A stretch of DNA of 64,000 nucleotides from contig OW569386.1 in the NCBI GenBank assembly GCA_937625935.1, positions 248,001-312,000 of the forward strand, in the 5' to 3' direction. The translations under genes were made by a program, and so were the position numbers. Origin of the DNA: Tetramitus jugosus (lineage: Eukaryota; Protista; Heterolobosea). The notes under the pieces were generated by a model, which saw nothing but the letters and a program-made list of their open reading frames with translations, searched no databases and was not told the origin of the DNA. Below, in pieces: positions 10,592 to 22,255 of this stretch. Positions within the stretch are counted from its first letter, which is position 1. Each line of letters begins with the position of its first letter.

Positions 10592-10819
10592 TCAATGAGA
10601 AGTAGTTCTCTTCTCCAGCGTGTTCTTTGAGTTAGTTCTTCCCTTCTTCTTGCTCATCACACCAGATAGAGCTGCTCTTGACAAAGCAGTTTCATTGTAG
10701 TTAATGTTTCTTCTTGTTCTTGTTCCCTTTGCGATGATATTCTTTGGCGAGAGGGTGCTTGGTTCTTTGAGTGAGCACTTCTTAATAATGTTTCTTCTTG
10801 AGGTACTTGAGCTGGCCAT
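10592..10819 (-). CDS. Small basic protein (75 aa) with CHZ-like motif
   Basis: ATG at 10819 after an AAC-rich leader; 'LSPKNIIAKGTRTRRNINY' resembles the CHZ histone-chaperone motif (I.P.NII..GRRTR...IDY). Confidence 0.55.
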   Translation of the reverse strand: MASSSTSRRNIIKKCSLKEPSTLSPKNIIAKGTRTRRNINYNETALSRAALSGVMSKKKGRTNSKNTLEKRTTSH

Positions 10820-11147
10820 TGTATTATTAGTTGTTGTTAACTTGTTGTTACTTCTAGAGGTTGTTTTTTCTTGTTGCAAACAGACAAAAATGCTCAACCT
10901 AAATATCGCATTTTCATTTCCAGATAATTTTTTCATTTCCATTCTTTTGGCGATCAAGGAACTTTCACTGAGGAACTTTTTTTGCATCACAACTTTCTTC
11001 TGTTTCTTTGGAGAGGAAAATGGATGGTAGTCTGTCGCTTGATTAAATCGCGAAGTTGTAATGACGAAGTTTGTGCATAAAATACATAACACCAGCTGCA
11101 TTTATATATAAACGAACGGCAAAAAACAAGGACAAAGAGTTGACATA

Positions 11148-12218
11148 TTATCCATGTCCATAGATGTTATTCGCCAATATATCCTTCAATCCATGCAACT
11201 CCAATTTCCACTTCTTGGTCAACAGACTCAACACACTCTGATCGTGTCTGTGTTGAGAGAAACCTGGAACATTGGGCAATCCAAACATATTTCCATCATC
11301 TGTACTCGCTCTTGGATCTTGCATGTACGTTAGCCATTCACCAACAAACCTCTGAGCCTTGAACGTATTCTTGACAATCACTGCCACAGCGTTCATTTGC
11401 CATGATGACTTGACGTCTGGATCAGTGTCCATTCCCATCAAAACATAGGCATCACGCTTTGTCCAATCACTCTCTGGTAGGCCCACTGGGAACACGACAA
11501 TATTCTGCGTGTCCAACAACTCCTTAATCTTTTCACTTGAATCAAAGAATGACCTCGTGTTTTCACTGTCAGCATCCGTGTACACAATGTAATCATCTGG
11601 CTTTGCAATGTTGACCATTGTGTGAAGCATAATGTAAGGTTTCCACAACCAGTAACCAGCTCCTCTGCTCCTTGATAGAATATTCTTGTTCTTCTCTCTA
11701 AATCCCTTGTCTAGTGAGCTCATGTCGAACATGAGGCACTTGTCGACACCGCCCTTGGAGTACGCCATGTCGCAGTTACGTTTTTGAGCTGTTTTACAGC
11801 ATCCCTCTGCAAAGTTTACATGGTAAATGTAACCTGGTTTTGTTGTTGTTGCTTCAGCTGTGGTGGATTGCTGTTGCTGTATCACCGTAGAGGGTATGTT
11901 TCCCGCCGAAAGCTTGGCAATTTTCTCTTGCGCTTCGGACAATTGTTTTTGGAGCGACTCTATCAGTTGAGCGGAAGTTTGCTGATTTTGTAGTTGTTGA
12001 TCTTGTGGTGTCTTGTTGCCGCGCAAATGCACCATATTGACAGCTTCATCCTCCTTTTTCAATGTATCAATGGACGTATCAGAGTTCATGATCCAAACAA
12101 AAGTCAACACTACGACAAAAATGAAGAGAGCAAGAGAAATGGCAAGCTTGACTCGCGAAGAGGACAGGGATCTAAAATTGGCACCACCTCCACGATGCTT
12201 GTGAAAGTGAGATGACAT
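11148..12218 (-). CDS. Type II membrane glycosyltransferase-like protein
   Basis: N-terminal TM helix and coiled stem; RGAGYWLWKPYI, DxD motif (YTDAD), WTKRD and HRHDQSVLSLL. Confidence 0.75.
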   Translation of the reverse strand: MSSHFHKHRGGGANFRSLSSSRVKLAISLALFIFVVVLTFVWIMNSDTSIDTLKKEDEAVNMVHLRGNKTPQDQQLQNQQTSAQLIESLQKQLSEAQEKIAKLSAGNIPSTVIQQQQSTTAEATTTKPGYIYHVNFAEGCCKTAQKRNCDMAYSKGGVDKCLMFDMSSLDKGFREKNKNILSRSRGAGYWLWKPYIMLHTMVNIAKPDDYIVYTDADSENTRSFFDSSEKIKELLDTQNIVVFPVGLPESDWTKRDAYVLMGMDTDPDVKSSWQMNAVAVIVKNTFKAQRFVGEWLTYMQDPRASTDDGNMFGLPNVPGFSQHRHDQSVLSLLTKKWKLELHGLKDILANNIYGHG

Positions 12219-12636
12219 GATTTGCTATGTGTGTTTAGTTAGTTGCTGAAAGCTTTTTGTGAATCAAGCGTGGATTTGTTGTTGCCGCTTGAGTGAAAAA
12301 AGCAGAACCTTTTTTATGTGTTCCACAGATTCTCAGCGCAGGAAATCCAGTGAAGAACTCCTGGAAATGGAAGGGAAAAAGACTACTTGGTTCAGAGATA
12401 TAAGCTAACTGGTTTAATCTCACTTTGTCGTCGATCAGGTGTACAAAAGAGTTTTGGTCATCATTAAGAGTATCGATTTAGATTCACTTGCTCGATAACT
12501 TGTTGTAATCGCTCACAAGCGAAACGAAAAAAATCATTTGGGACAATTTTCATCGTTGATTTTTTTTGACAAAGAAATCACGTCACTTCCATTTTCACGA
12601 CTGTTGCGATACGAATACCAAAAACTTCAAACTATC

Positions 12637-13755
12637 ATGGACCCAACCCATTCAATAAATGGTGATTCTGTTGGTTATTCGACACAGGATCGCACTGCCC
12701 CGATTGTTGTTGGAACAATAGTCATTGAACCCCAACTGAACATGGGTATTGCACCACCCATGTTCGATAAAGAAAGAAACTTGTTGTTGTTGTCTGAGAT
12801 CAATTCCAAGTTCCAGTGTCTCTATTCTTGTGACGGCAGTCAGCAACAAACAAATGAAAATTGTTCGTTGCGCCAGATGACAATTCTTTCTGATCTGAGT
12901 GAAAGCACATTGCTCGACATTCAGAGATGTCTCTGCAAGCACACTGATATCATCAGGGAACAGAATCAAACGACTGGTGCAGTTGTTTCTCAGACTCATT
13001 CTCAAGATCGTTTGGATCACCAGGGAACATCTGACACAGCATCTCAACCAGAAAGTAGTGAAGAGCTGCAAGAGAAGAAAACGAAACAGAAACGGTTTTT
13101 GGCCTACATGAAGAAGCATGCCAAGCGTTCACTGAGATCTGTTTTTCCCAGTTACAAAACATTTTCCTACGGACTGGAAACACCAAGGAGCTATATGAAA
13201 AAGTTGTTTGTAGATACGCGGTGGCGCAAAACAAGAGGAGACACTGGTCCAAAGAGTCTCTTTGAAGCATTTTGGTTGTCGTTGGCTGCATTTGTGTCCT
13301 TGTTGTTGATTGGAATCTTGAGTGAGTTTGCTCTGCGGAAATCCTTCAATAACAAAGCGGGTATCCTATATCCAGCGTTTGGAGCCACCGCGTTTCTCTT
13401 GTTTGGGAATCAGACAGCCTATGTGGCTCAAATTAAGAATTTTACCTGGGGTCACATCATAGCCACAACGACTGCTCTGATTATTGTTCAGATTGGAGGA
13501 ACAGCCAACTACTGGTGGGTGCTCGGTCCTCTGTCCGTGGCCATCTCTCTGTTTGTCATGCTGTTGACCGAAACGCTCAATCCTCCGAGTGGTGCATTTG
13601 CAATGCTGTTGATTGTGTCGAGTGATGCTATCAAGGTTGGATGGTGGACGATATTGACATCTTTGTTGGGTACATACATCATGATCATTGTTGCCATTGT
13701 CTTCATGGACATTTTCAAGTTTTACAAATATCCAAAATACTGGCGGATTGTATAA
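12637..13755 (+). CDS. HPP-family membrane protein (transporter-like) with long soluble N-terminus
   Basis: PAFGATAFLLFG, AQIKNFTWGH and TETLNPPSGA (at the HPP position); several C-terminal TM helices. Confidence 0.75.
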   Translation: MDPTHSINGDSVGYSTQDRTAPIVVGTIVIEPQLNMGIAPPMFDKERNLLLLSEINSKFQCLYSCDGSQQQTNENCSLRQMTILSDLSESTLLDIQRCLCKHTDIIREQNQTTGAVVSQTHSQDRLDHQGTSDTASQPESSEELQEKKTKQKRFLAYMKKHAKRSLRSVFPSYKTFSYGLETPRSYMKKLFVDTRWRKTRGDTGPKSLFEAFWLSLAAFVSLLLIGILSEFALRKSFNNKAGILYPAFGATAFLLFGNQTAYVAQIKNFTWGHIIATTTALIIVQIGGTANYWWVLGPLSVAISLFVMLLTETLNPPSGAFAMLLIVSSDAIKVGWWTILTSLLGTYIMIIVAIVFMDIFKFYKYPKYWRIV

Positions 13756-13822
13756 AATAAAAGAGAACTGAAACCGGTATATAAATTAAATTAGTGTGTT
13801 ATTCTGTATTATGGTACTTTCT

Positions 13823-16800
13823 CTATTCTATAATGTCGTCGCTGCCGCTGTGATACTCAGCAACCTTTATCATGGTTTCATCATCATCTTCGTCCTCGTC
13901 TGAAGAATCACTGGAACTCTCATCATCATAATCAATCATGTCATCAAAATCTTGGAATTCCTTATCCATTTGTTCTTGCAAATCATCGTGAAACTTTTCA
14001 CTCTCTGACATGGAACCAATTTGTTTCGATTCGAGCGCATTTCGTTCTGCGAGAGAGTTGTGAACAAACTCGTCCCATTCAGTCAAGCTCAACTCTCTAA
14101 TCAGATCTGCAACAATACTCTGCGATTGAGCTGTTGTCACAATAGAATTAGAAATGATGACCAAGTGGCCCATATAACCCTTGCGCACCTTTGATTTTTC
14201 ATTCTTCTTGTTTGCTTCGACAATGCGCTCAATAATCTTCACATCTCTGAACAGTGTTCTCTTCAAGTCGGTTGACTCACCTGCGAGAATGAAACTCACA
14301 TTCTTCAGCACCATATTGTGCAAAATATTGTTGAATTCGTACTTGAAGAACAAATCAAACATGACAGCGAGAACGTTGTGACGAATGAGCTCACGTTCAA
14401 TGGGTGGGAAGGAAATATGATACAGAGCAGATAGGAATTCGATCACCTTCAATCTAATTTCTCCTAGTGGAGGATCTAGTGTGCCGAATGATAGATGAAT
14501 CTCGGACATGGTGGGAGGATTTCGCAGAATGTCTACAAACTGGTAGATGCGAGACATGATGACCCGCAGTGGCACAGGCAGCTTACTAATCTCGTCGTCT
14601 TCGTTTTCTTCTTCAGCTTCGTTCACTTCTTCATCATCGTCGTCATAGTTGTTGCTGCTGCGACGGTTATTGGTGCCAGTGTTGTCAATAGACATGATAT
14701 CGAACGAAGTATCGATCAATGTGGTGAACAACGGTATTGTTTCCATCAACACATGAGAATTTGGCTATCATAATAATAATCATTGATTCAAAAAAACAAG
14801 AAGAAAATCAATGGCGTGTGAGCCAATCGCTACAATGAAAGAGCAACCAAAGAAACAAATATCACATCCATGTGAAAATACATACATTGTTGAGAATGGA
14901 ATCCATGAGCTTAATCATCACATTTTCATCATACAACAGAGAGGCAGCCAAAGGATTAATTCTCTCCTTTTCCAAGTGAATACTTGTCGATCTCTTTACG
15001 ATTTCAGTCAACACCTTGGCTGCACTCGTGTGAATCTCGGGTTCATTCTCCGGATTGAAACATGCAATCAATTTATCAATCAGATTACCCGTGTTTAACC
15101 ACCAATTGGAAACATCGTTTGATGAAATGTCCTTGCGAGCGAGCAAAATGTCACACATTGTAAATCTCAATAGCATATCGTCCATGCCCGGAATGTTCAA
15201 ATGAGTGACAAAACTTTGTGCAAACGATTCATCCTGAGACACTGTGTACTTCATCAACTGCACACGAGTGAACCAAAAAACAAAAGAGGCAACACAGTAA
15301 ACACACAAGCACAATAAAGAATTGGTGTCAAGAATGTTGTGATTACTACACGTCGTGTAACAGCAACAAAATATATGTATATATATATACATATAGAGAT
15401 ACATACATCAAAAATCTTCTTCTGATAGAGTCCTCTCAACACTTTCAACCAATATCCAGCGAGCAAAGGATTCAACGGATACTCGTTACTCAAGAATCCA
15501 AACAAGGCCGACAACAGCACCTTATCACTCACAATTGCAGTATACAATTGATCAATATCACATGCCAAGATATCAGCGGCCAATTGTGGATATTTTCTTA
15601 TGCGCTTCTCCAATCGTTCCTCATCAAAATAAACTTGTGGAGAAGAAATGGATGATTCCTGTTGTTCAGATTGAGAATTGCTGTCATTGTCGTTGTTGTT
15701 ATTTTTTCCTACTGTTGTTGTTGTTGTTGTCTCTGCTTCTGCTTCTTCCTCTTCTTTTGATTCTTGTGTCGTTTGATTGTCCTCTGATCCGTTTCCTTCT
15801 GTTGCTAATGACGACTCATTCGCTGTTGTTATTGGTTCCGTTTCATCACTTTCATTCGTCTTTTGATCACTCTCCCATTCCTTATCATTCTCCTCATTAC
15901 TATCATCATCACTTTCATTCTTCTTCTGTGATGATTCAGCCATTTCGATTTGTTTTTGCATTTCAAGCATTTTTGCATTCATTTTCTCTGCATAAAATTC
16001 AATAGAGTCCCTCAAACTGATATAATCCTTTTGTGGCGATGACGATGATCGCGTCGAAGAAGAAGGAGGAGGAACAGAACCCAACAATGGAATACTACTG
16101 CCCATTTTCATTCGTTCCGCAAGTGTGAAATCTCTTGAAAAACTGCTAAAATCCAATCGAATGTCCACTGTTAGATACTCGATCAATTTTGTCATGTTTT
16201 CACCCTTGACCAAACTAATGTAAACGACATTTTTTTTGTGTGTGCGTGTAAGCAAAACATTTCAAAAAAAAAAACAACAAAAATAACAACAAAAAAAATA
16301 AAAAGCTTACAATGCAACCAATTTAGAGTTGTGAGCTTTTGCTTCCTGCAACACATCACTCTTATCCAAAACTTCTTCCAATGTACAATTTTCCTTCTCC
16401 AACAGTGTCTCGACTTCTGATTTTGTCTGTAGTCCCAATCGTTGTAACATGTTTGAGTCTTTGACTAAACTCCACAAGTGTTTTAAAAATTTACCTGATT
16501 TATCTACACCACCACTACTACCACTACTATTATTATTATTATTATTATTACTATTATTTGATTTATTACTCTTCTTTGATGATGACGATGAAGATTTGAC
16601 TGATGATGATGATGATGATTTTGATCGTTTTGGTTCTTCTTCAGCTAAAGGGGAAGTTACCGTAGCTTCTGATGATGATGATGTACTGTTATTCTTGTTG
16701 TTGTTGTTGTCACCAGTGATTGTTATTGTTGTTAAGCTATCGTTGTTGATTTCGATCGTGGGAGAAGAGGCTGATGATTGACTCTCAATAGTTGTAGTTA

Positions 16801-16873
16801 TTGTAGTTGTTGTTGTTGATTCTGGTTGTTGTTCAGTAGTTGAAGAAGGTTGGTTTGATGATGACACTTTCAC
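13823..16873 (-). CDS. SIT4-associated / PP6 regulatory subunit (SAPS family), 4 exons; introns 16215-16310, 15258-15406, 14765-14885; true start unresolved
   Basis: TLEEVLDKSDVLQE, KYPQLAADIL, LNPLLAGYW, PLGEIRLKVIE, FKYEFNNILH and GYMGHL; three GT-AG introns join the ORF pieces in frame (KLVAF|LVKG, KIFD|LMKY, ILNN|PNSH). Confidence 0.88.
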
Positions 16874-17238
16874 ACGTTGGGGGAATGGTTGTTGTTCTTG
16901 TTGTTGTTGTTTTTTTTTTCTCTCGAGGTTTGTACAAAAATTGATGATTGTTGTTGTTCGACTTGTGGTTTTTTTTTGTTTGGCCGTCGAAGGAGGACAT
17001 TGGCGGGCAATTGGATGTTGTTCATCCTTCGATCGTGAAGGTGAGATGGAGTTGTGGGAGGGAGAGTCCTTCAGGTCCTGGATGGAAGAATGCTTGGTTT
17101 CTCATTGCATTGAGTTTTTGTGACCACACAATCTCTAGTCAACCTTGCCTTCTATTTTTAAGAGTTTTGACCTAAACCAAAGTAATTCTGAGGTTTCCTA
17201 AGATGAATTCAAGGTTGATCAACTCATAAAACAAAATA

Positions 17239-17991
17239 ATGGTCGAAGCAGTTTCCAATCAACCAGATGTTGCTACCGAATTTTTTCGAGAAATTAATGA
17301 TCCTCCCTTGCTCAAAAGAGTGAATACAAAGAAAATTAATCATGTTCGCAACAAAAAATTGATTCATCAAGAGAATAAGAGTGAGATTTTGGAACTGCAT
17401 GAACAACCAATAGTGAGAAATGTTTATCATACACCCATTATTACAGTGATCAAGGAAGAACCTATTGAAGTGGTTGTAAATGAATCGGAGGAATTCAAAG
17501 CTCCGACAGGTATAGCTCTTCTTAAGAGCATTGACCTCTCTGGTGCCATGGACAGGTCAGTTGAAATTAGAATGGAGGAAGAGAAGATAATAGAAGATAT
17601 TCCCGTATTGAAAGAGGTAAGTCGAGTGACGACCAAGGAGGTGCATCATCGTAAGATTATAACGGAGATACGCAAGACTCCCATCATTGAAATTCATGAG
17701 CAACAAATTCAAAGGATCGTGTACGAGAAGCCAATCACACGAACTGTTAAACATGAAACCATCTTTCTCGAAGAGGAACAAGCAGTCTATGAGACCGAGA
17801 TCTCATCTGGCGAAGATGCAGAAGCAGAATTGACAAGCATTGAGGAAACAAAGGAACAATCTCGCACCACCATCATTGGAAACTCTAAGAATCTAGTGAT
17901 ATCTCTCTATGATCTTCTCGTTCCCAAACTCGTCCAGTACATTGTAATGTACTTGTTTTTTTTCACGTTCAGGTCAGGAATAAAAACATAA
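17239..17991 (+). CDS. Uncharacterised I/V/E/K/H-rich protein with two internal repeats (articulin/epiplasmin-like composition)
   Basis: Two related blocks: 'KKINHVRNKKLIHQE..ILELHEQPIVRNVYHTPI' and 'KEVHHRKIITEI..IIEIHEQQIQRIVYEKPI'; the 3' end may be spliced. Confidence 0.6.
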   Translation: MVEAVSNQPDVATEFFREINDPPLLKRVNTKKINHVRNKKLIHQENKSEILELHEQPIVRNVYHTPIITVIKEEPIEVVVNESEEFKAPTGIALLKSIDLSGAMDRSVEIRMEEEKIIEDIPVLKEVSRVTTKEVHHRKIITEIRKTPIIEIHEQQIQRIVYEKPITRTVKHETIFLEEEQAVYETEISSGEDAEAELTSIEETKEQSRTTIIGNSKNLVISLYDLLVPKLVQYIVMYLFFFTFRSGIKT

Positions 17992-18147
17992 TCAGAGCTC
18001 TTCCTTCATAAAATGTCCGTGTCGAGAACAAGGAGCTGAATCATTTTTGAATATGATGGAGATGTACGCCTGGTCTTGAAATACTCCCTCAGTCAACCAT
18101 GCAAAAAAATGATATCATGCCCACAAGATAAGTTAAGATAAGTTCAT

Positions 18148-19167
18148 TTATTTTCTTTTGACAATCATACTTGCACTCCATGATTGTGAAGGTGCGAGTT
18201 GAATCGCAGTTTGGGCGACAGCTGCTTCCACGCACACAAACTTTAGATAGTCCTCATCTGGCATATCAGCCAAAGACTTTGCTTTCTCAATCCATGGATT
18301 CCAAACAACGCAGTCCACAAATCCTCCCTTGTTCTTCTCATTGGATTGAGGCAATTCAATCACAACACCAGATTGTGCCGAGCTAGACACATTATCCTTG
18401 TCAAACAACACTTGGACCTCACTGGATGATTCATTGTTTAAACTTGGCTTCAGATTCAAATAAACTCGATCAACTTCCTCCTTGAAGGTTATCAACTCAT
18501 CCACTTGCGGCACCATTACTTGATTATTGCTGCTGGTGTCGTTTCTCACCACCTTGTCCAAGTAGTTCAATCCTTGAAGACCATAAACACCAACCTGCTC
18601 CACACGTGGCACACTAAAGTACGTATGGAGCGCACAAGTAAATTCAACATCACCTCCCATCTCATTCTTGTTCACAACATGAAAATCAGTCTTCAATTCG
18701 TTGCGATGAGTCAGCGTAATCGTGTACAGTGCTTCAAATTGATTCTGAGACCACGAATCTCTTGTTTCACTCGTATCGTTCAACTGCAACACAACAGAAG
18801 CATCTCCTTGTTCATTCACCAGAGTTGCCTTGATTTTCCACTCGTCTGACTGCCTAGCAAACCCATGTTGAACAGGCAGAGGTCCATTGGAGCCGAATTG
18901 AGGGAAGCAAATGGGAATTCCACCTCTAATCTTGCTTCCCTTTTGAAGGATGGCATTTGGGCTCATGTACAATAACTCTGATTCTCCGTCATGGAACGAA
19001 GTGACGTGTGCCCCGTGAAGGAGAATTTTGACGGAGGAATGCGGAGTTTTAGGGTTGGTCAACTGAATTTGAAACAAGTCATTCTCGGATGAAACAATGG
19101 ATATGTAGGGTATTTGGCCATATCTCTCATTGAGAACTTGCAAGTTGTGATCCTTGGTGTTTGACAT
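18148..19167 (-). CDS. Glucose-6-phosphate 1-epimerase (aldose 1-epimerase family)
   Basis: [45 protein letters not shown] and FVCVE. Confidence 0.93.
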   Translation of the reverse strand: MSNTKDHNLQVLNERYGQIPYISIVSSENDLFQIQLTNPKTPHSSVKILLHGAHVTSFHDGESELLYMSPNAILQKGSKIRGGIPICFPQFGSNGPLPVQHGFARQSDEWKIKATLVNEQGDASVVLQLNDTSETRDSWSQNQFEALYTITLTHRNELKTDFHVVNKNEMGGDVEFTCALHTYFSVPRVEQVGVYGLQGLNYLDKVVRNDTSSNNQVMVPQVDELITFKEEVDRVYLNLKPSLNNESSSEVQVLFDKDNVSSSAQSGVVIELPQSNEKNKGGFVDCVVWNPWIEKAKSLADMPDEDYLKFVCVEAAVAQTAIQLAPSQSWSASMIVKRK

Positions 19168-19333
19168 TTTGTGTGCCTTTGCTATTCTTTGTTTTTTGTG
19201 TTTTGAAGTGTTTTTTCGGGACAGATCGCGATCTCTCTTCCACGAGAAGGAAAACAATAATGATCAAACAACGCGTGATGAACAAGTATCTTGCCCGGCC
19301 AAAACCAAGACCAACTGGCAAGCAAAACGACAT

Positions 19334-19406
19334 CGCCCACCGAGGGGCTCGAACCCTCGACCACAAGGTTAAGAGCCTTGCGCTCTACCGACTGAGCTAG
19401 ACGGGC
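19334..19406 (-). tRNA. tRNA-Lys (anticodon CTT)
   Basis: Reverse complement GCCCGTCTAGCTCAGTCGGTAGAGCGCAAGGCTCTTAACCTTGTGGTCGAGGGTTCGAGCCCCTCGGTGGGCG folds as a 73-nt cloverleaf with A and B boxes. Confidence 0.97.
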
Positions 19407-19629
19407 TATATGTTAGTTTTTCCAGTGTGAAAAAATCGAGCGGAGTATTTGACCATAACGGGTGTTGGTTGTGGTTTGTGTTTTCGCTGAAGGAACAAGT
19501 CACTGTTGTTTGCTCGGCTGATGTATGTGTTCTATTGTTCGATCTTCTGATGTTTGTTTCTTTTTGGTTGATGGTGATTCAAAAACAGATCAGATTTTCG
19601 CGTTATCAGATCATAAAAAAAACAAAGTG

Positions 19630-20448
19630 ATGACCACTATCGAAATCTCTTCCCCACACGATCTGGTTCTTGTTGAAGAAGCAGGAGAGGGTGTGTTTGT
19701 TGTAAAATTGAACAGACCCAATGTGATGAATGCCCTCACCAGACCCATGATTACACAACTGGCCAGGACATTTGATGAATTGGCGACGAGAAATGATGTC
19801 CGAGTTGTCATTCTGACAGGTCAAGGTAAAAGTTTCTGTGCGGGAGTTGACCTCTCAGCCGCAATGTCTATTTTTCAAGGAAAGGTAATCTCCGACGAAG
19901 AAAATCCCGTCAAGGCAATCGAAAGATTTCCACATCCTGTCATTGGAGCGATCAATGGTTATGCCATTACAGGAGGTTTCGAGTTGGCTCTGGGGTGCGA
20001 TATTCTGATTGCTTCAGAGAGTGCAGCATTCATTGACACACATGCAAAGTTTGGTATTCATCCTTCATGGGGCCTATCTCAAAAACTATCTCGTCTCATT
20101 GGTGCCAACAGAGCCAGAGAGGTCTCGCTTTCAGCTTGCAAAATTGATGCAACCATGGCAGAGAAGTGGGGTTTAGTGTCACGTGTTGTACCAGAAAAAG
20201 AGCTCCTGGATCATTGTAAACGATTGGCCAAGTCTATTGTATCGAATCATCCGGGAATGGTTATGCAGTATCGAGCAGTGATCAATGATGGATTGAAAAT
20301 GAACCTGCAAGATGCTTTACAAATGGAGGAACAAAGAGCGTGGCAGTATTACAAGACGATGACTCCAGAGCAGTTCGCCATGATGAATCGTTTCATTCAA
20401 AATCGATCCCAGCAAGCAACCACTGCACATCCGAGAGCCAAACTTTAA
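19630..20448 (+). CDS. Enoyl-CoA hydratase/isomerase, peroxisomal
   Basis: LNRPNVMNAL, SFCAGVDL, AINGYAITGGFELAL and DTHAKFGIHPSWG; C-terminal PTS1 tripeptide AKL. Confidence 0.92.
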   Translation: MTTIEISSPHDLVLVEEAGEGVFVVKLNRPNVMNALTRPMITQLARTFDELATRNDVRVVILTGQGKSFCAGVDLSAAMSIFQGKVISDEENPVKAIERFPHPVIGAINGYAITGGFELALGCDILIASESAAFIDTHAKFGIHPSWGLSQKLSRLIGANRAREVSLSACKIDATMAEKWGLVSRVVPEKELLDHCKRLAKSIVSNHPGMVMQYRAVINDGLKMNLQDALQMEEQRAWQYYKTMTPEQFAMMNRFIQNRSQQATTAHPRAKL

Positions 20449-20752
20449 CTCGTTTAAGGCCTTTCAAAGTATCTCCCACTGCATAACTCCTTACAAATGA
20501 TATGATGTGTAAAAAATAAATGCAGTTCTCCATTCATGCACCGTAGAGATACGCCAGTCGAGTTGACGATCAAAGACTGCACGAGAAGCAGGAAAGAAAG
20601 AATCCATTTTCTGGTTTGAAAGCTGCGTAGCCTCCGGGTGCGGCTTTCAGGAATAGATTTGGCAAGTGTTGATAATGGCGAATTTATCTTTTCTCCGAGC
20701 TATCCATGTGTGAAGCTCACAAACTGAAGACATAAAACAAATAGAGAGAAAC

Positions 20753-21814
20753 ATGGAACCAATGGAATCTGGTGCCATTACTGGGATGCAAAGTGTGATT
20801 GAATACTACAACAATGACCAATTGTTCAAAGCCTATGAGGAACTGGCGAAAATTGATCTTGAAGCGGTCAATCCCACTTTAGCGCCATTTGTGACGCGAC
20901 TACAGCGTGAATATGAGTTTGCTCATGGCCTTTACAAGGAAATTACGTGTCAACATGAAGATACTCTGTTGGTGGAGGAAAACAAGGAAAACAAGGAAAA
21001 GCTTGACACTGATGTCAAACTTGATGAAAATGAAGCAGAACAAGATGCATCGGCTGATAACTTTGGATGGAAGCTTGTTCACGAGACTGCTGAAGACCCT
21101 GAGACTCAGTCGACAATCAAGACGTATTACAAGGCAGATGTTAATGAGTCTCCGCTCCATGCACTCAAAGTTCAAGCTATTATCCCTGTTGACATGTTCA
21201 GTGTTCTCAGTATGCTCTATGAGATTGACATGTACAAGAACTGGGTTCCTCGGATGTCAAAGAGCTCTATTATTCAGGAATACCCGCATCTAAAGTACCG
21301 ATTTTTGGCATACTTCAAGTTTGACTTGTTTTGGCCAATCATTAGCGATAGGGACATGGTTTGCTACGGATTTGGAATTGACTTGCTCGAGGAAGAAAGA
21401 GCTATTCTCGTTGCAATTCACTCGATAGACGATAATGAATCGCTGAAACAACACATGAAGGAACATGGAAGAGATGTCAATGATGAGACGACGAAAGACG
21501 GTGAAGAAGCACATGATGATACGGTATTGTCGAGTAAATTGACAAAAATCTCGTGTCCCATGGCTGGATTCTATATCAAGTACCTGTCTGAACATCAAAC
21601 AGAAATACGGATGATTGGACAAGTTGATTTGAACATGAATTTTATGCCATCATGGCTCATGAACAGAGCAACCAGTAATTTTGCATATAAATGTGTGGGA
21701 TATCTATCGAGAATGGCAAAGAATGTAGAGAGTGATAAAGATGGTGAGTGGAACCTGAGGCTACAAAAACAGGTGTATCAAGATGTCAAACAACGATTGA
21801 ACGTGAGTCCATGA
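20753..21814 (+). CDS. START-domain lipid-binding protein
   Basis: 'GWKLVHE...KTYYK', 'LYEIDMYKNWVP', 'WPIISDRDMV' and 'VDLNMNFMPSWLMN'. Confidence 0.8.
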   Translation: MEPMESGAITGMQSVIEYYNNDQLFKAYEELAKIDLEAVNPTLAPFVTRLQREYEFAHGLYKEITCQHEDTLLVEENKENKEKLDTDVKLDENEAEQDASADNFGWKLVHETAEDPETQSTIKTYYKADVNESPLHALKVQAIIPVDMFSVLSMLYEIDMYKNWVPRMSKSSIIQEYPHLKYRFLAYFKFDLFWPIISDRDMVCYGFGIDLLEEERAILVAIHSIDDNESLKQHMKEHGRDVNDETTKDGEEAHDDTVLSSKLTKISCPMAGFYIKYLSEHQTEIRMIGQVDLNMNFMPSWLMNRATSNFAYKCVGYLSRMAKNVESDKDGEWNLRLQKQVYQDVKQRLNVSP

Positions 21815-22255
21815 TAAATTGGACTCTTGTGAGCCACTATTTTCTATTCTTCTGCCTCCTGTTCTTCAACCATGTTGGACCTCCTGTGCCAGGTTGACCT
21901 TCATTCACGATTGTCTTGACATTCCCTATCGGATCACATACCTCGATTTAGCCGCGCGAAAACTCGTCATTCAAATGTTCTCATTCGGATCCTTTTTCCA
22001 TGATGTTTGATATTTGACACCTGACAGCTCATTTTCTCTTGAGGTGTTGTTTCCTTTTGACCACCAACAACAAACAAACAACAAAACCAAGCACCCATCC
22101 TCCCGTCCGTCGTATCACCACCTCTCGGGTGTTCACATCTTCTTCTTTTTGTTTGTGTGAGTGTGTTGGTTCAACAACAACAACAACAACAAAGACTTTT
22201 CAATTGCTAGCACAGCACACGAATTCACAATTTTAATTAACACATTGTCATCGTC

